Assembly (NCBI RefSeq): GCF_030144855.1
Contig: NW_026781090.1
Coordinates: forward strand, 186,001 to 250,000
Direction: 5' to 3'
Source: Hypanus sabinus
Taxonomy: Eukaryota
Length of the DNA: 64,000 nt
Shown here: positions 24,111 to 37,180 of the stretch, in pieces
Position numbering within the stretch: position 1 is the stretch's first letter
Layout: each line of letters opens with the position of its first letter
Made by a program: the position numbers and the translations under genes
The notes under the pieces: model-generated
What the model was told of the DNA's origin: nothing
The model's database searches: none
The model's input: only the letters and a program-made list of their open reading frames with translations

Positions 24111-25010
24111 CAAGAACTTGAAATATTACAAAAATTCACTCTAACCCCTTTTACCAGCTGTGCGGACCAACCAGTCATCTCAGCAGGAATTTTTTTATAT
24201 GGTGTTAAAGCTGTAGCACTTTAAGTTAATAATACATAAAAGAATTCCCAGATGCACATCCACAAAGACAATTTGCGTGAGACTGGTTCAGTTACTGTGG
24301 GGCCAGGCACCCATGCAGCTCAGCAGGAACAGGGAATAATACCAATGGAGAGAGTCAAACTGAGCCAGGTCACAGATTGGAGACGGCAGAAATGTCCCAT
24401 TCTTATAGAGACAGGAAGAGCTTTAGGGAATTGATGGTCATTCCAGATACCAGCACTCTGTCCAGTCAGAAGATGATTTCTCTGTCCAACTTGGGTTGAA
24501 CCTCACTGTAACCGTGTGATACCAAGTCAAACCATGGCAACTCAAGTAATCTCATCTGAAATGTTGTCCTAAACCCATTGATGGATTTTGTAAATCTTTT
24601 CACAGGTTAAAAACGAGAAGGAATTTGTCGCCGGGGATCTCAAACAGAAAACGCTAGTTTTGCTGTCTCTGTCTGGATATTTAAGAAGTGGAGCGAGGGA
24701 TTCAATCGACTATCCTTCCTGCTCAGACTGTGGAGAGGGATTCAATTGATCATTTGACCAAATAGCAAGCCAGTCATCTTACACAGGAGAAAGGCTGTTC
24801 ACCTGCTCAGACAGTGGGAATAGATTCACTCAGTTATCACAATTGAAGGTACATCAGCAAGTTCACACTGGGCAAGGCCATTCATCTGTTCTGTGTGTGA
24901 GAAAGGATTCAGTTGGACCTGTGGACACACCAGTCAGTTCACACCACACCTGGTAGAGGCTGGTGATCTGCTGAATTTCTGGGAAAGGATTCACTCAGTC
25001 ATTTGAACTT

Positions 25011-26318
25011 ATGGCTCACCAGCGAGTTCACACTGGGGAGAAGCCATTCACCTGTTCAGTCTGTGGGAAGGGATTCACTCAGTCATCCAACCTACGGAGT
25101 CCCCAGCGAGTTCACACTGGGGAGAGGCCGTTCACCTGTTCAGAATGTGAGAAGAGATTCACTCAGTCATCCAACCTACGGTGTCCCCAGCGAGTTCACA
25201 CTGGAGAGAGGCGCTTCACCTGCTCAGTCTGTGGGAAGAGATTCACTCGGTCATCCAACCTACTGGTACATCAGCGAGTTCACACTGGGGAGAAGCCATT
25301 CACCTGCTCAGAATGTGGGAAAGGATTCAGTGATTTATCCAACCTACTGGTACATCAGCGAGTTCACACTGGGGAGAAGCCATTCACCTGCTCAGAATGT
25401 GGGAAAGGATTCAGTGCTTTATCCAGCCAACTGAGACATCAGCGAGTTCACACTGGGGAGAAGCCATTCACATGCTCAGAATGTGGGAAAGGATTCAGTG
25501 AGTTATCCACCCTACTGGTACATCAGCGAATTCACACTGGGGTGAAGCCGTTCACCTGTTCAGTCTGTGGGAAGGGATTCACTCAGTCATCCAACCTACG
25601 GAGTCATCAGCGAGTTCACACTGGGGAGAAGCCATTCACCTGCTCAGAATGTGGGAAGAGATTCACTGAGTTATCCACCCTACAGAGTCACCAGCGAGCT
25701 CACACTGGGGAGAAGCCGTTCATCTGCTCAGAATGCGGGAAGGGATTCACTCAATCATCCGCCCTACAGAGACACCAGCGAGCTCACACTGGGGAGAAGC
25801 CATTCACCTGCTCAGAATGTGGGAAGGGATTCACTCAGTCATCCTACCTACTGAGACATGAGAGAGCTCACACCGGTGAAAAGCCGTTCAATTGCACAGA
25901 ATGTGGGAAACGGTTCACTCTGTCATCCAACCTTCTGAAACACCAGCGAGTTCACACTGGGGAGAAGCCGTTCCTCTGCTCAGAATGTGGGAAGAGATTC
26001 ACTCGCTCATCCGACCTGCAGAATCATCAGCGAGTTCACACTGGAGAGAGGCCGTTCACCTGCTCAGTCTGTGGGAAGAGATTCAGTCACTCATCCACCC
26101 GACTGGTACATCAGCGAGTTCACACTGGGGAGAAGCCGTTCATCTGCTTAGTCTGTGGGAAGAGATTCACTGAGTCATCCAGATTGCTGGAACATCAGCG
26201 AGCTCACACTGGAGAGAGGCCATTCACCTGCTCAGAATGTGGGAAGAGATTCACTCGCTCTTCCACACTACAGAGACATCAGCGAGTTCACACTGGAGAG
26301 GAGCCATTTACCTGCTGA
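25011..26318 (+). CDS. C2H2 zinc-finger protein, 435 aa, 15 tandem fingers (first two have His>Pro), no effector domain in the ORF
   Basis: 28-aa CxxC...HxxxH repeats with TGEKP/TGERP linkers; ATG at 25011; upstream acceptor TTTTCACAG ending at 24605. Confidence 0.9.
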   Translation: MAHQRVHTGEKPFTCSVCGKGFTQSSNLRSPQRVHTGERPFTCSECEKRFTQSSNLRCPQRVHTGERRFTCSVCGKRFTRSSNLLVHQRVHTGEKPFTCSECGKGFSDLSNLLVHQRVHTGEKPFTCSECGKGFSALSSQLRHQRVHTGEKPFTCSECGKGFSELSTLLVHQRIHTGVKPFTCSVCGKGFTQSSNLRSHQRVHTGEKPFTCSECGKRFTELSTLQSHQRAHTGEKPFICSECGKGFTQSSALQRHQRAHTGEKPFTCSECGKGFTQSSYLLRHERAHTGEKPFNCTECGKRFTLSSNLLKHQRVHTGEKPFLCSECGKRFTRSSDLQNHQRVHTGERPFTCSVCGKRFSHSSTRLVHQRVHTGEKPFICLVCGKRFTESSRLLEHQRAHTGERPFTCSECGKRFTRSSTLQRHQRVHTGEEPFTC

Positions 26319-27135
26319 GAATGTGGGAAAGGATTCACTCAGTCATCCCAACTACTGGCACACCAGTCAGTTGTTATGAATCCCTAGGTTTTGTTTGCTG
26401 TGGACTGTCATTTTAAGAGAGAGAGATTAGGAAGGTGAATCAGTTTGACTTGCAGCTTGTTTACATCACTCACAGCTTGTTTAGTTTTAACTGAGGACAC
26501 AGACACTCAGAGTCAGACGGAGATGAAGGAGGAAAAATGGAAAGATCGATACAAGGGAAATAGGTGCCAAGGGTCACTGTTTGGAATTTTCCTATGCCCA
26601 CAAGTGTGGGTTAATTATCGATTCATCATACATCGAATGTGTGGTTGTCACCTCGTTTGATCCATAGGAGTGGATCTGATTTGGGGTATCCTGTGAAGAC
26701 CACTGATGTGTTACCCCTTGCCTGGGTGTGGTGTGGTAATTCACTTGAAGACAATATGCCTTGTGACAAGTCACTTTGGGTGATAATTAGTATGTGGATT
26801 TGGAAGGATGACAGATAAAATCTACAGTGACTGTTCTCTTGTTTTACCACCATGGAACCTGCGGAATTCGACATAATTGCCTTCTATCGACATTTACCCT
26901 GGATTACAAATATCTCTCTCATCAGTTATTCCGTGGTTGAACTGAACTTTCATAATTTACCATCTGAAGACTCCAAGCCTTGTTTCCCCCTAGCTCAATA
27001 GTTTTGGATTTATATTTACACACATATATACACATAACACTGTTAACTTTTGTTTATCTTGCTTAAGTTACTATATTATAAGTAGATTCTAATAAAGATA
27101 GTTTTAAGATCAAAAACAGACTCCTGGTGTAGTCT

Positions 27136-27369
27136 CCACGAGGAAATCTGCAGATGCTGGAAATTCAAACACATACAAAATGCTGGTGGAACACAGCAGG
27201 CCAGGCAGCATCTATAAGGAGAAGCACTGCCAATGTTTCAGGCCGCGAACCTTCGTCAGGCAGTCTCAGGCAGTCCTGATGAATGGTCTCGGCCTGAAAC
27301 GTCGACTGTGCTTCTCCTTATAGATGCTGCCTGGCCTGCTGTGTTCCACCAGTATTTTATGTGTGTTGT
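27136..27369. mobile_element. Penelope-derived palindromic insertion with two opposed hammerhead-like motifs
   Basis: Long inverted arms; 14-bp TSD TCC(T/A)GGTGTAGTCT at 27122-27135 and 27370-27383. Confidence 0.85.
27271..27308 (+). ncRNA. Minimal type I hammerhead ribozyme-like motif
   Basis: CAGTC-CTGATGA-stem II-GAAA-CGTC-GACTG; stem I is perfect, stem II has a mismatch. Confidence 0.65.
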
Positions 27370-27424
27370 TCCAGGTGTAGTCTATTGGTGCTGATTCGTT
27401 TCTAAAGCTTTACGATTCATAACA

Positions 27425-30400
27425 AAATTGGGGCCTGCATCTGGGATATGAACAGCTCTGAGGGCGTAGTCATTAATTATCGATTTCATTGGGGAAGTCC
27501 CTTCTGATTTATTTGTGTGTGGAAAATCAGCAGCGGATGCTGATTATTGTTTGGAAGCGGGAACCTCTGAGGCATTAGAGGATGCCAGACGGATTGAGTT
27601 GTTGAGTCTTGCTAGAAGGTTAAAACTTGCTATGTTGAAATTGACAATGAGGAGGGCACAGATGCAGAGGGTGACAGCTGAACATTATGTATCTGAGGGT
27701 GTGTTTAAAGTGGAGGACTTGGAGGTGTTTCCTGAAAGTAAACCTCGTGAACTTGAGCTCCAGTACGAGTCAGAAAAATTAAAGATGGAGGCTGCAGAAA
27801 GGCAGAGGCAGTTTGAGGCTATAGAGGCAGAAAAACAGAGAGGAGGCAGAAAAACAGGGAGGAAGCAGAAAGACAGAGGCTATTCGAGCTGGAAAAGATA
27901 CAGTGGTTTCAGCAAAGGGGTCTAGCGTTAGACTCTGGTGATAAGTTTGAGGCTAGTCAGGAAATTAAATTGGTACCTCCATTTGATGAGAAAGAGGTTG
28001 ATAAATACTTACAGCATTTTGAGAAGGTTGCTTAGAATTTAAAGTGGCCAAAAGAGGGTTGGTTCTCTTACAAAGGGGGAGGCTTAGCAAGCCTATTCTG
28101 CTTTGACAGTTGATGAAGCAGCTGATTGTGACATAGTGAAACAGGCTGTGCTCAAAGCTTACGAGTTGGTCCCAGAATCATACAGGCAAAAGTTTTGAAA
28201 TTTGTGGAAATCTGTGAACCGGACATATGTAATTTGCTTATGAGAAGTCTGTGTGTTCTGATCGCTGGTGCACATATATGATGATGATGATAAGTATATG
28301 ATGATTTTAATAGCTTGAAAGAGTTAGTTTTAATTGAAGAATTCAAAAAGTGTGCTCCTGACGACATAAAGACATATTTAGATGAAAAGGATACTGCCAA
28401 TTTGCAGGAGTCTGATAGAATAGCAGATGAGTTTGCTTTTACTCATAAGGTTAAGATTATCCCAAATAAGAGCTTCCAAAAGAGTGCCAGAGATCACCAG
28501 GGTAAACCAGAAATTACAGCTGGGACTAGTGACAAGAGTAAGGATGAAGGGAAGCAGTTGAAAGAGAAATATTCTGGTCTTGCTTGTTACTATTGTAAGA
28601 AAGCTGGTCATGTGATGGCTAATTGTTCTATCCTGAATAAGAAAAATGAAAAGAAGCCAGTCCCAAATGCAGGTGTTCAGTTTGTTGACGCACCTATAAA
28701 CCCACAGGGTTCTGAACATTCTGTGAGGCTCAGTTATGGACTGAGAACTCTGACTGAATTAAGAAGGCTTTTGATCATTTTATGTCAAATGGGTTTGTAT
28801 TAGTAAAGAAAGGGTCAACCCAACTACCAAAAATTCTTTGAGTTACTGGGGATTCTCAGTCACTTATATTAGACAGCGTTCTAAAGTTTGGTGATGAGAC
28901 GAACACTGATGAAGTAAATCTTATTAAAGGCTTTGGGGGTAGCATGGTTTCTGTGCCATTGTACAAGGTAAATTTACTGTCAGGGTTGCTTTTGGGACCT
29001 GTTAAAATTGGATTATACTCCATTTTACCATTGGAAGATGTTAGTTTGCTGTTAGGGAATGACCTAAAATTGTTCCTGCAGCGCTGTTGACAACTAAGAC
29101 AACCGCTGACGACCCACAGATGGATTTTAACATTTATCCTTCCTGCGCAGGAACTCAAAGTATGGCTAAAATGTCTGCCGACGCAGACGAATCTGTGCAG
29201 CATGATTCTGATACCCATGATAGCCAAAATCGGGATTCAGGTTATGATGACTTGTCAGGGAATTTCTGCCTTCATTGTTTCAACAGGATTCAGTCGTAAG
29301 TCTGATGAGAAAGATTTATCCCTGTCTAGGAAGGAGTTTATAGCAGAACAGAACCAAGACCCTGAGATTGAAGCTTTAAAAGAAACAGCTCTCTCAGATG
29401 ATGAGATTAAGAATGTGCCAGTAGGGTATTATCTCATGATGAAGTGTCAATGAGGAAGTGGAGGCCACCTGCTATACCAGCGAGTGAGGAATGGGAAATT
29501 GTTCACCAAGTTGTAGTTCCTAAAGTTATATGGCTGAAATTTTAACTTTGGCCCACAGTATGCCATTAGGTCGACATTTTGGAGTGAATAAAACTGTAAA
29601 CAGTTATGTAATAATTCTACTGGCCTAATTTGAGGAAAGATGTTGTGACCTTTTGCAGAAGCTGTCGCACTTGTCAAGTTGTGGGTAAACCGAATCAGGT
29701 CACCCCAGTGGCCCCACTCTGCCCTATAACTGCATTCGGTGAACCCTTTTTAAAATTTATAGTGAGGGGAACCTTGTCCTTGTTAAAGGAACAGTGGATT
29801 GATGGGGATGTACATGTTAACTTGTTAGACTCTGTTTAGAAGTTCAAGAATAAACTACACCAAGTCTGTAGTCTAGTGAGACAAAACTTAAAGATCTCTC
29901 AAAACAAAATGAAGTGTTGGTTTGATAAGTGGGCTTGAGAAAGAAAATATCAGGTGGGAGATAAGGTGCTTGAAATAGTCTCTCAAATTAATGATCTGAA
30001 TAATGCTATTAAAACACCCGACCAACGTAAACTAACACAGGTGGTACACATAAATATAATGAAGCCGTATTTTGACAAGCAGGCACCGTCTGTGAGTGTT
30101 GTTGTCAAAACATATTGAGAATGAAACAATCGACTCGTCTGAGAATTTTCACAAGCCAAACATGGTCCCAGTTAGGCTAATGAACTCGGTTGTTCCAGAA
30201 AACATTGCTAACGAGTTGGCTCATCTGCAGCCAAAGCAACAACAACAGCTGAAAGAAGTAATCCTGATGTTTAAAGATTTATTTCACGATGTTCCCAAGC
30301 AAACCACAGTCGCAGTACATGATGTAGATATTGGTCAAGCCAAACCGATTAAACAACACCCATATTGCATGAACGTCGAAAAGTGTAAATTGGCTGAGCA

Positions 30401-31175
30401 AGGAATTGAATATATGATGAAAGTGGTATTATTAGTCCTTTGGCATCAGATTGGAGCTCACCCTGCGTTATTGTGCCTTAACCTGATGGTGGTGTTAGAT
30501 TTTGTACTGATTATGGGAAGGTAAATGCAGTAACAAAAACAGAATCCTCTCCTATCCCTAGGGAGGATGATTGCATCAATAAGTCTGGAAAAGCTAAATT
30601 TCTTACAAAGATTGATCTGTTGAAAGGGTATTGGTGTGATCCATTGACGGACAGAGGTAGAGAAATTTCTGCATTTGTGACACCTTCTGGGTTGTATGAA
30701 CACAATGTTTTCTCTTTTGGAAGGAAAAATGGTCCAGGATCATTCCAGAGAATGATTGATTCTGTAATTCCAGGGTTAGAACACACAGATGCCTATATTG
30801 ATGACTTAGCCACAGGGAGTGGCACTTGGGAAAAGCATATCTCTGCAGTCGAGAAGCCGTTTGACAGGCTTTCTCAGGACAACCTTACAGTTAGCTAAGA
30901 GTGAATTTGGCCATGCCACTGTGACCTGTCATGGCTATGTTGTTGGTCAAAGCAAGTTGGCTCCTGTTGGGGCTAAAATCCAGGCAATTTCTCAAGTTCC
31001 TATTCTGACTGGTAAGAAGGCTCTTAGAAGGTTTCTGGGAATGGATGGATATTATCGTAAGTTCTGTAAGAACTTTGCTGCTATCGCTCTTCCTCTGACC
31101 AATCTCCTGAAGAAGCGTGAAAAGTATGTTTGGACCGAACCTTGTCGGGAGGCATTTGATCGATTGAAAGTTATT
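27425..31175 (+). pseudogene. Degenerate Gmr1-like Gypsy gag-pol (capsid, zinc knuckle, PR, IN, RT order), 3'-truncated
   Basis: YELVPESYRQKF and ELVLIEEFKKC capsid motifs; CYYCKKAGHVMANC knuckle; integrase Zn region FYWPNLRKDVVTFCRSCRTCQ at ~29600 lies upstream of RT (KIDLLKGYW, AYIDDL) at ~30600-30810; many stops. Confidence 0.88.
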
Positions 31176-31925
31176 ATTTGAGGTTAGGCCAATCAATGTA
31201 GTGTTGTCAGCCAATTTCATTAGCAGGTTGGAGCTGTGGGTGGCAACACAAGACAAGGGTGCACAGAGAGTAAAGGAGAGGGCCAAAGAGACAACACTGT
31301 GGGGTATGTGTCCTGAGGGTCAGAGAGACAGGAGATGGAGCCCACTCTTACCACCTGCCGGCGATCTGACAGGAAGTCCAGGATCCAGCTACACAAGGCA
31401 GGGTGAAGGCCGAGGTCTCTGAGCTTCTTGTCGATACTTCACGCATTCGTATGGCTACTGCTCTGCCCATGACTGTAAGGAACTGCAGAGAACTTTGGAG
31501 AGCAGAGAACATCAGAGAAACAAGCCTCCACTCCATGGACTCTCCCTACACTTCCACTCCCTCGGAGAACCAGGCCATGTATTAAAGATCCTCACAACCT
31601 GGACATTCTCGCTGCAAACCCGCTCCCCCATCGGGGAGGAGATACAGAAGCATTAAAGTGCGTAACACCAGGCTGAAGGATGGCTTCCTGTCTGCAGTTA
31701 TAAGCCAAATGAATGATTAAATAGACTCGACATCACAATGTGACTCGACGTGACCCTGCACCATATGTCTATCTGCACTGCACTTTCTCTGCAGCCATAA
31801 TGCTTTGTTACAGTTATTGTTTTATCGTATATCAGACCGATGTACCGTTGTTATGTATCGATCTGTGTGGATGGTACGTCAGGGAAGATTTGAACTGTCG
31901 TTCAGTACATGATGATAATAAACAA
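31170..31925. mobile_element. Rex/Babar-like fragments, paralog of 4550-5235
   Basis: Collinear with 4550-5235; retains 3' end with AATAAA near 31916. Confidence 0.75.
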
Positions 31926-32998
31926 ATTCCCCATTTTAATTGTGTGGAAATATTAGACAGACTGAGCTTCTGCTCTGGAACCACAGAAGGAAACTGAACA
32001 GTTCTCTTTCTGAGGAACGCAAATAAATAGAAAAGGCTTTAATCTCTCATTACGATCTGCGGTAAGTGGGATCAGGTGACTGGTGGTGGGTCTCCCATAT
32101 CAATACCAGAATTATGTCAAGAAATTCGTTCAGCAGTGGAACCCAATTTTTAACCATAGATTTTAACAATTGTGATTTAATATAAGAATATAACTATCAC
32201 ATTGTTAATTTATATAAATAGTACAAAATGAAAAAAAGATGTAATAAACTATTTTAATTGTGTGGAACTATTTGACTGACTGGGTTGTTGCTTTGGAAGT
32301 AGTGGAGTGAAGCTTAACTGAACTGTCCACATTTATGAGAAGCTCAGATAATTATAAAAAGCTAAATTCTCACATAAGTGGGTCAGACACCCAGAAACAT
32401 CGGCAGCACTTCAGCAGGTGAAAACAGTGGAATGAAACATGCTGAAAATATTGCCGAAAAAAAAACATATTGTCCACCACAACGAGAGGACGTGACAGAT
32501 CCGGATCTCACTGCCTTGCCTGAACGGGGAAAGATGAAGCTCCACGTATAGGTAGAGCAGTGCCTCGCAGATGCTGCAGATCTGCAGAGAAACGTGAACA
32601 GGAACCGGGATTACATGGCCGCTTTGGTCTCTCACCCCCAGACAGATGTCCGTTTACCCACTACTCTGTGGAAAGACGCAAACGCCGCTCACATCTCCTC
32701 TCACCTTAACTGTATTAGACATTTCAACCCCCAGGAAAAATATATCGTCTGTCCACTCGATCTATTCCTCTCGTAATCTTATAAACGTCCATCCAGTCTC
32801 ACCCCAGCCTGCGCCGCTCTGGAGAAAACAACACAAGTTTGTCCAGCCTCTCGTTATAGCTCATGCCCTCTAATCCAGGCAGTGTCCTGGTAAACCTCTT
32901 CTGTGCCCTCTCCAAAGCCCCGACATCATTCCGAGAATGGGGGCGACCAGAACTGTATGAAACACTCCAGATGTGGTCTAACTAGTTTTATAAAACTG

Positions 32999-33587
32999 TG
33001 TTACGAACTGTGACGTTTTAGAAACGAACCAGCAGCAATAGAGTTCACAGCGGAGTCTGGTTTTGATGTTAAAACCATTCTCTTTATTAGTATCGACTTA
33101 TAATATAGTAACTTAACGAAATAAAGGAAAGTTAACAGTGTAATGTGTATATATGTGTAAGTATAACTCCCAGACTATCGAGCCTGAGGGAACAAAGCTC
33201 AGAGTCTTGAGATGGTAAAGTAGGAGAGTTCAGTAATCTACGGAATAAATGATGGGAGAGAGATATTTGTAATCCAGGGTGAAACGTAGAGAAACGGCCG
33301 TTACTTCAAAATAACCGCCGCCGATGTTCTTATCCGTTGAATCCGTCGACATACGAGTTATCAGCGAAAGTGACCTGTCACAGGAATACCGTCTTCCAGG
33401 GGTTACCAAGCAACATACCCAGGCAAGGGTTAACAGAAGACATTCCACAATCCACTCCTATGGATTATAGGAAGTGACAGCCACACACATTCGTTGTGGT
33501 TCCGTGTACCGTTGATCAACCCACTCTTGTGGGCACAGGAGAGTTCCAAGCCTCAGCTGCGACTAACTGAAGCGATCAGCTTTTCCA

Positions 33588-33624
<37 letters not shown>

Positions 33625-33758
33625 CCTCTCCCTCTCCCTCTCCCTCTCCCTCTCCCTCTCCCCCTCCCACAGTCAGCCTGTGACTGACATCATAGCCCCG
33701 CCTCCTCACGCCGCCGCTCTTAAAGAAACAGTCACAGTACGACCGCAGGCTCGTAACA
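32999..33758 (-). mobile_element. Gypsy solo LTR with internal (CT)n/(CCCTCT)n tract, inserted in CR1 fragment
   Basis: TGTTACGA...TCGTAACA termini; an empty site is visible in the inverted paralog near 59515. Confidence 0.85.
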
Positions 33759-35111
33759 GCCACAACACAACTTCCCGACTTTTGAACTCAATGCTTCAAC
33801 TAATAAAGTCAACCATGTCATTTGCCTTCTTAACCACCCGATAAATCTGTGCAGTTTCTCGATGAACTTGGAGTCTAAGATCACTCTGATCGACACTGTT
33901 CAGGGTTTTGCATTTAACAGTGGACTGTCGGATACATTCGACCTACCGAGCTGCCAAGATGATCATCACTAATCAAATCTCACTGAGATTTCTCAGGTCC
34001 TGTTGAATTTATTGCCAAGTGCACAAGTACTGGAAGGTACAGGTACAGAGAAACACTGACTTGTGGCAGCATCACAGGCAAGTACATTCAGATAACACAC
34101 GAAACATAAATTATACGATTCTCTGTCAGTAACAATCTCTAAATATGTTTTATGTCATTAACAACCTGTGAAATACATTGTGTCATAATCAATATTAAAA
34201 TGTGCATTTGTGTCAATAACAGACTTGGAAATGTTGAATGTGCTCACTGTCTCCATTCCTCCTGTAATCCACAACCAGCTCCTGTGTTTTTGTCACAATG
34301 AGAGAGAGGTTGTTTTCTTGACACCACAGTGTCGGGGTGATGACTTCTTCTCTGTCGGCTGCCTCGTTATTATTTGGGATTCGGCCGATCAATGTAGTGC
34401 CGTCGGCAAATGTAATTAGCAGATTGGAACCCGCCACTGCGGCCCCACAGTGCACTATGTACTGATTGCAAAGCTACGAAATTGCATGTGAACAGCCTCC
34501 CCTCCCCCAACTCCACTCTTTCTGCGTCACCAGCAGACTGGGACATCTCACATCTCGCCGCCTCCGCCAGGATATTAAACTGTGAACAACTGTGGTCAGG
34601 GACTGCTCTGTGGGGTACTCCAAACGCTACCTCCTTCCAGTCTGAAAACGATCCACTCATCCAGACGCACACTGCCGGCAGTTTATCATCTCCAACGAAA
34701 AAGCCTAATCACCTACTCCCGATGTTCAATACCATTGCTGACTCTGAGATTACAACCGTCAAATACCAGGAGGGACATAATAATCAGAAAGTCTCTAGTC
34801 ACAGCGTGTAAATGAAATGTGATCTCAGTGGGTGTGTGGCGCATGCTCAGAACGCGAAGGAGAGAGACAAAATGAGCCAAGTCACAGACTGATGAAGGGG
34901 AGGAATGATCCATTTTGATACAAAGAGGGAAGCAGAGAGTTTGATATTGTGCCTGATTCCGGAACTGTGGCCAGTTAGAAGATGAAGTCTTGTCCCCCCA
35001 AGTTGTTTTGAGTTGTGACAGTGTTTTTCTCAGAAGGCACCATGGAAAGTAAATAATCTGAGTGGAAATGTTGTCCTTCACCCACTGACGTGGTTTGTAA
35101 ACTTTTAACAG

Positions 35112-35520
35112 TTTAGAAAAGACAAAGGATTTGTGTATGGGAATCACAACCACAACAGCACGATAGTTCCGTTGTATCTGTCAGTTCACCAGCACTTGAA
35201 TGCCGCCGATTCTTGAATGTGGAGGCGGAGTTGCTGAAGACAACGCTCCCTCTTGCGACAAGGAGAGCCCGAACATCTGTCCATGCCCGTGTCTGATTGG
35301 ATACACTGCCATGACGTTTATAGCAATGTGACGTCATTCACTGGCTCGCATTTTGGAAGGGATTCAGTCGGCTATCGCAGATACACCAACAGCTCTACAC
35401 TGGGAAGCGGCCGTTCACCTGCTCCGTGTGTGCGAAGAGACTCATTCAGTTAACCCACCTTGTGATGCTCCGGTGAGTTCACAATAAATAGAGGCCACAT
35501 TTCTGTCCGGAATGAGCAAA
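35112..35520 (+). pseudogene. Decayed C2H2 zinc-finger exon
   Basis: Acceptor TTTTAACAG matching those at 24605 and 39741; remnants CACTGGGAAGCGGCCGTTCACCTGCTCCGTGTGT; no ORF. Confidence 0.7.
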
Positions 35521-37084
35521 AAGTTTTACTCAATCATCCCAGATGCTGCAACACCAGCAACGTCACATCAGGGAGGAAGTTCAAATCAGCTCCGTGTTAA
35601 ATGTTTAACCATCACAGTGACTGAAGGCAGCTGCAGGTTCATGAGGGACTGTCACTGTCAGATTCTGCAGTTCTTGCGGCTGCTCATCGCACCCAGGACT
35701 GAACCCTGGTCACTGAGCATTGGAGGAGTCTGTTCTGCTGATGTCAGCCTTAAACTAGACTGGTGTTTAATATTGTGGATCTGTGAAAGATAAATCAGTT
35801 TTGTATCAAATCCCGTGTGTCAGGTACATACAGTCTCTACCACACTCACTGTGTACACTAGAGAGGCCATTCAGCCCATCTGGTTTCTGCCCATGTTTCT
35901 GTTCCATATCAGAATATCAAAATCTTTCCCTGCCGTTCCCCTATCACTCTCCCTGAGATGACAGGTTGCAACGAGTCACCACTCCGTGGGATAGGAGATT
36001 TCCTTTGAATTTCATGGAATCATAGAAATCCAAAACACATTACAGACGCTTTGGCCCGCAATGTTGTGCCGACCATGTAACTTACTCTAGAAATTGCTTA
36101 GAATTACCCGACCGCATAGCCACCTGTTTTCCTAAGCTCCATGTACCTATCCAAGAGTCTCTTAAAAGACCCTATTGTATCCGCCTCTACCAACGTCGCT
36201 GGCAGTGCATTTCACACACACATCACTCTTTGCTTAAAAGCCTTAGCTCTGACTTCTCCTCTGCACCTACTCTCAAGCAGCTTAAACCTATTCCCCCTCG
36301 TGTTAGCCGTTTCAGCCCTGGGAAAAAGCCTCTGGCTATCCACACGACCAATGCCTCTCATCATCTTATACACCTGCATGAATTTCCTGCATGATTTTCT
36401 CCGGGCTGAACAAGACGATGAGCTCACTGTGGTTGTGACGTTGTTCAGGGCTCCGGACGAAGTTGGTTAAACTCCTTCTTCCCCGCTCTTTTCAACGTTT
36501 TGGGTCATTTTCACCAATTTTAAAGGACTGTGCCTCAGACAGCACAATTGTTACGGACCAGCAGCAATAGATCACTAATGGAGTCTGGTTTCGATGTGAA
36601 AACCACTATCTTTATCTGTATCTACTCCAAATATAAAAGATTAAACGAAATACACAGAAAGTTAACAGTGCTGTGAGTATATATAGCTCCCAAACTATCA
36701 AGCTTGGGAAACAATGCTTAAAGTCTTAAGATGGTAAAGTGGAAAAGTTCAGTAATCCACGGAATAAGTGAGTGAGAGGAGAGGTTTGTAAATCCACTCG
36801 AAAATGTAGCATTTTGAGTGTGTGTGTGTGTCTGTATTTCCAGCAACTGCAGAATCTCCTGTGTTTTATATCTGCATTTTACTTTGGCATTGGATACACA
36901 TTGATATTGAGTATATTGAGTTGTTTATGGGAGCTTTCTGCGTTAAAACAGATGCAGATTTTTCTATACACACACGAAAAAAATGAGTTATGAATATTGA
37001 ACCAGAGCCTGCAGAAATATTTAATGGCTCCGGGATTACCCATAAGGCGGTGCGTTTAAAATTTCGCTGGCGCTGAAGAACCGA

Positions 37085-37180
37085 ACAGATGCGCAGGCGT
37101 CAGGGCTAATGACGTCGCAAAGCATGACGCATGCGCATGGTACACAGAAGGCCTTGGAAATAGCGTCTGCAGGTAAGATC
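37085..37180 (+). promoter_or_regulatory. Candidate promoter and non-coding exon 1 of the second ZNF gene
   Basis: TGACGTC, CGCATGCGCA (NRF1-like), donor CAG|GTAAGA at 37173. Confidence 0.6.

Larger units (their letters stand above)
26372..27424 (+). mobile_element. 5' LTR of Gmr1-like Gypsy
   Basis: TGTTATGAATC...GATTCATAACA termini, AATAAA near 27091, followed by degenerate PBS-Pro TGGGGCCTGCATCTGGGAT at ~27429-27447. Confidence 0.88.

Noticed and set aside
25003-26379. Alternative-frame ORFs overlapping the ZNF genes
   Set aside because: Expected by-product of 84-bp finger periodicity.
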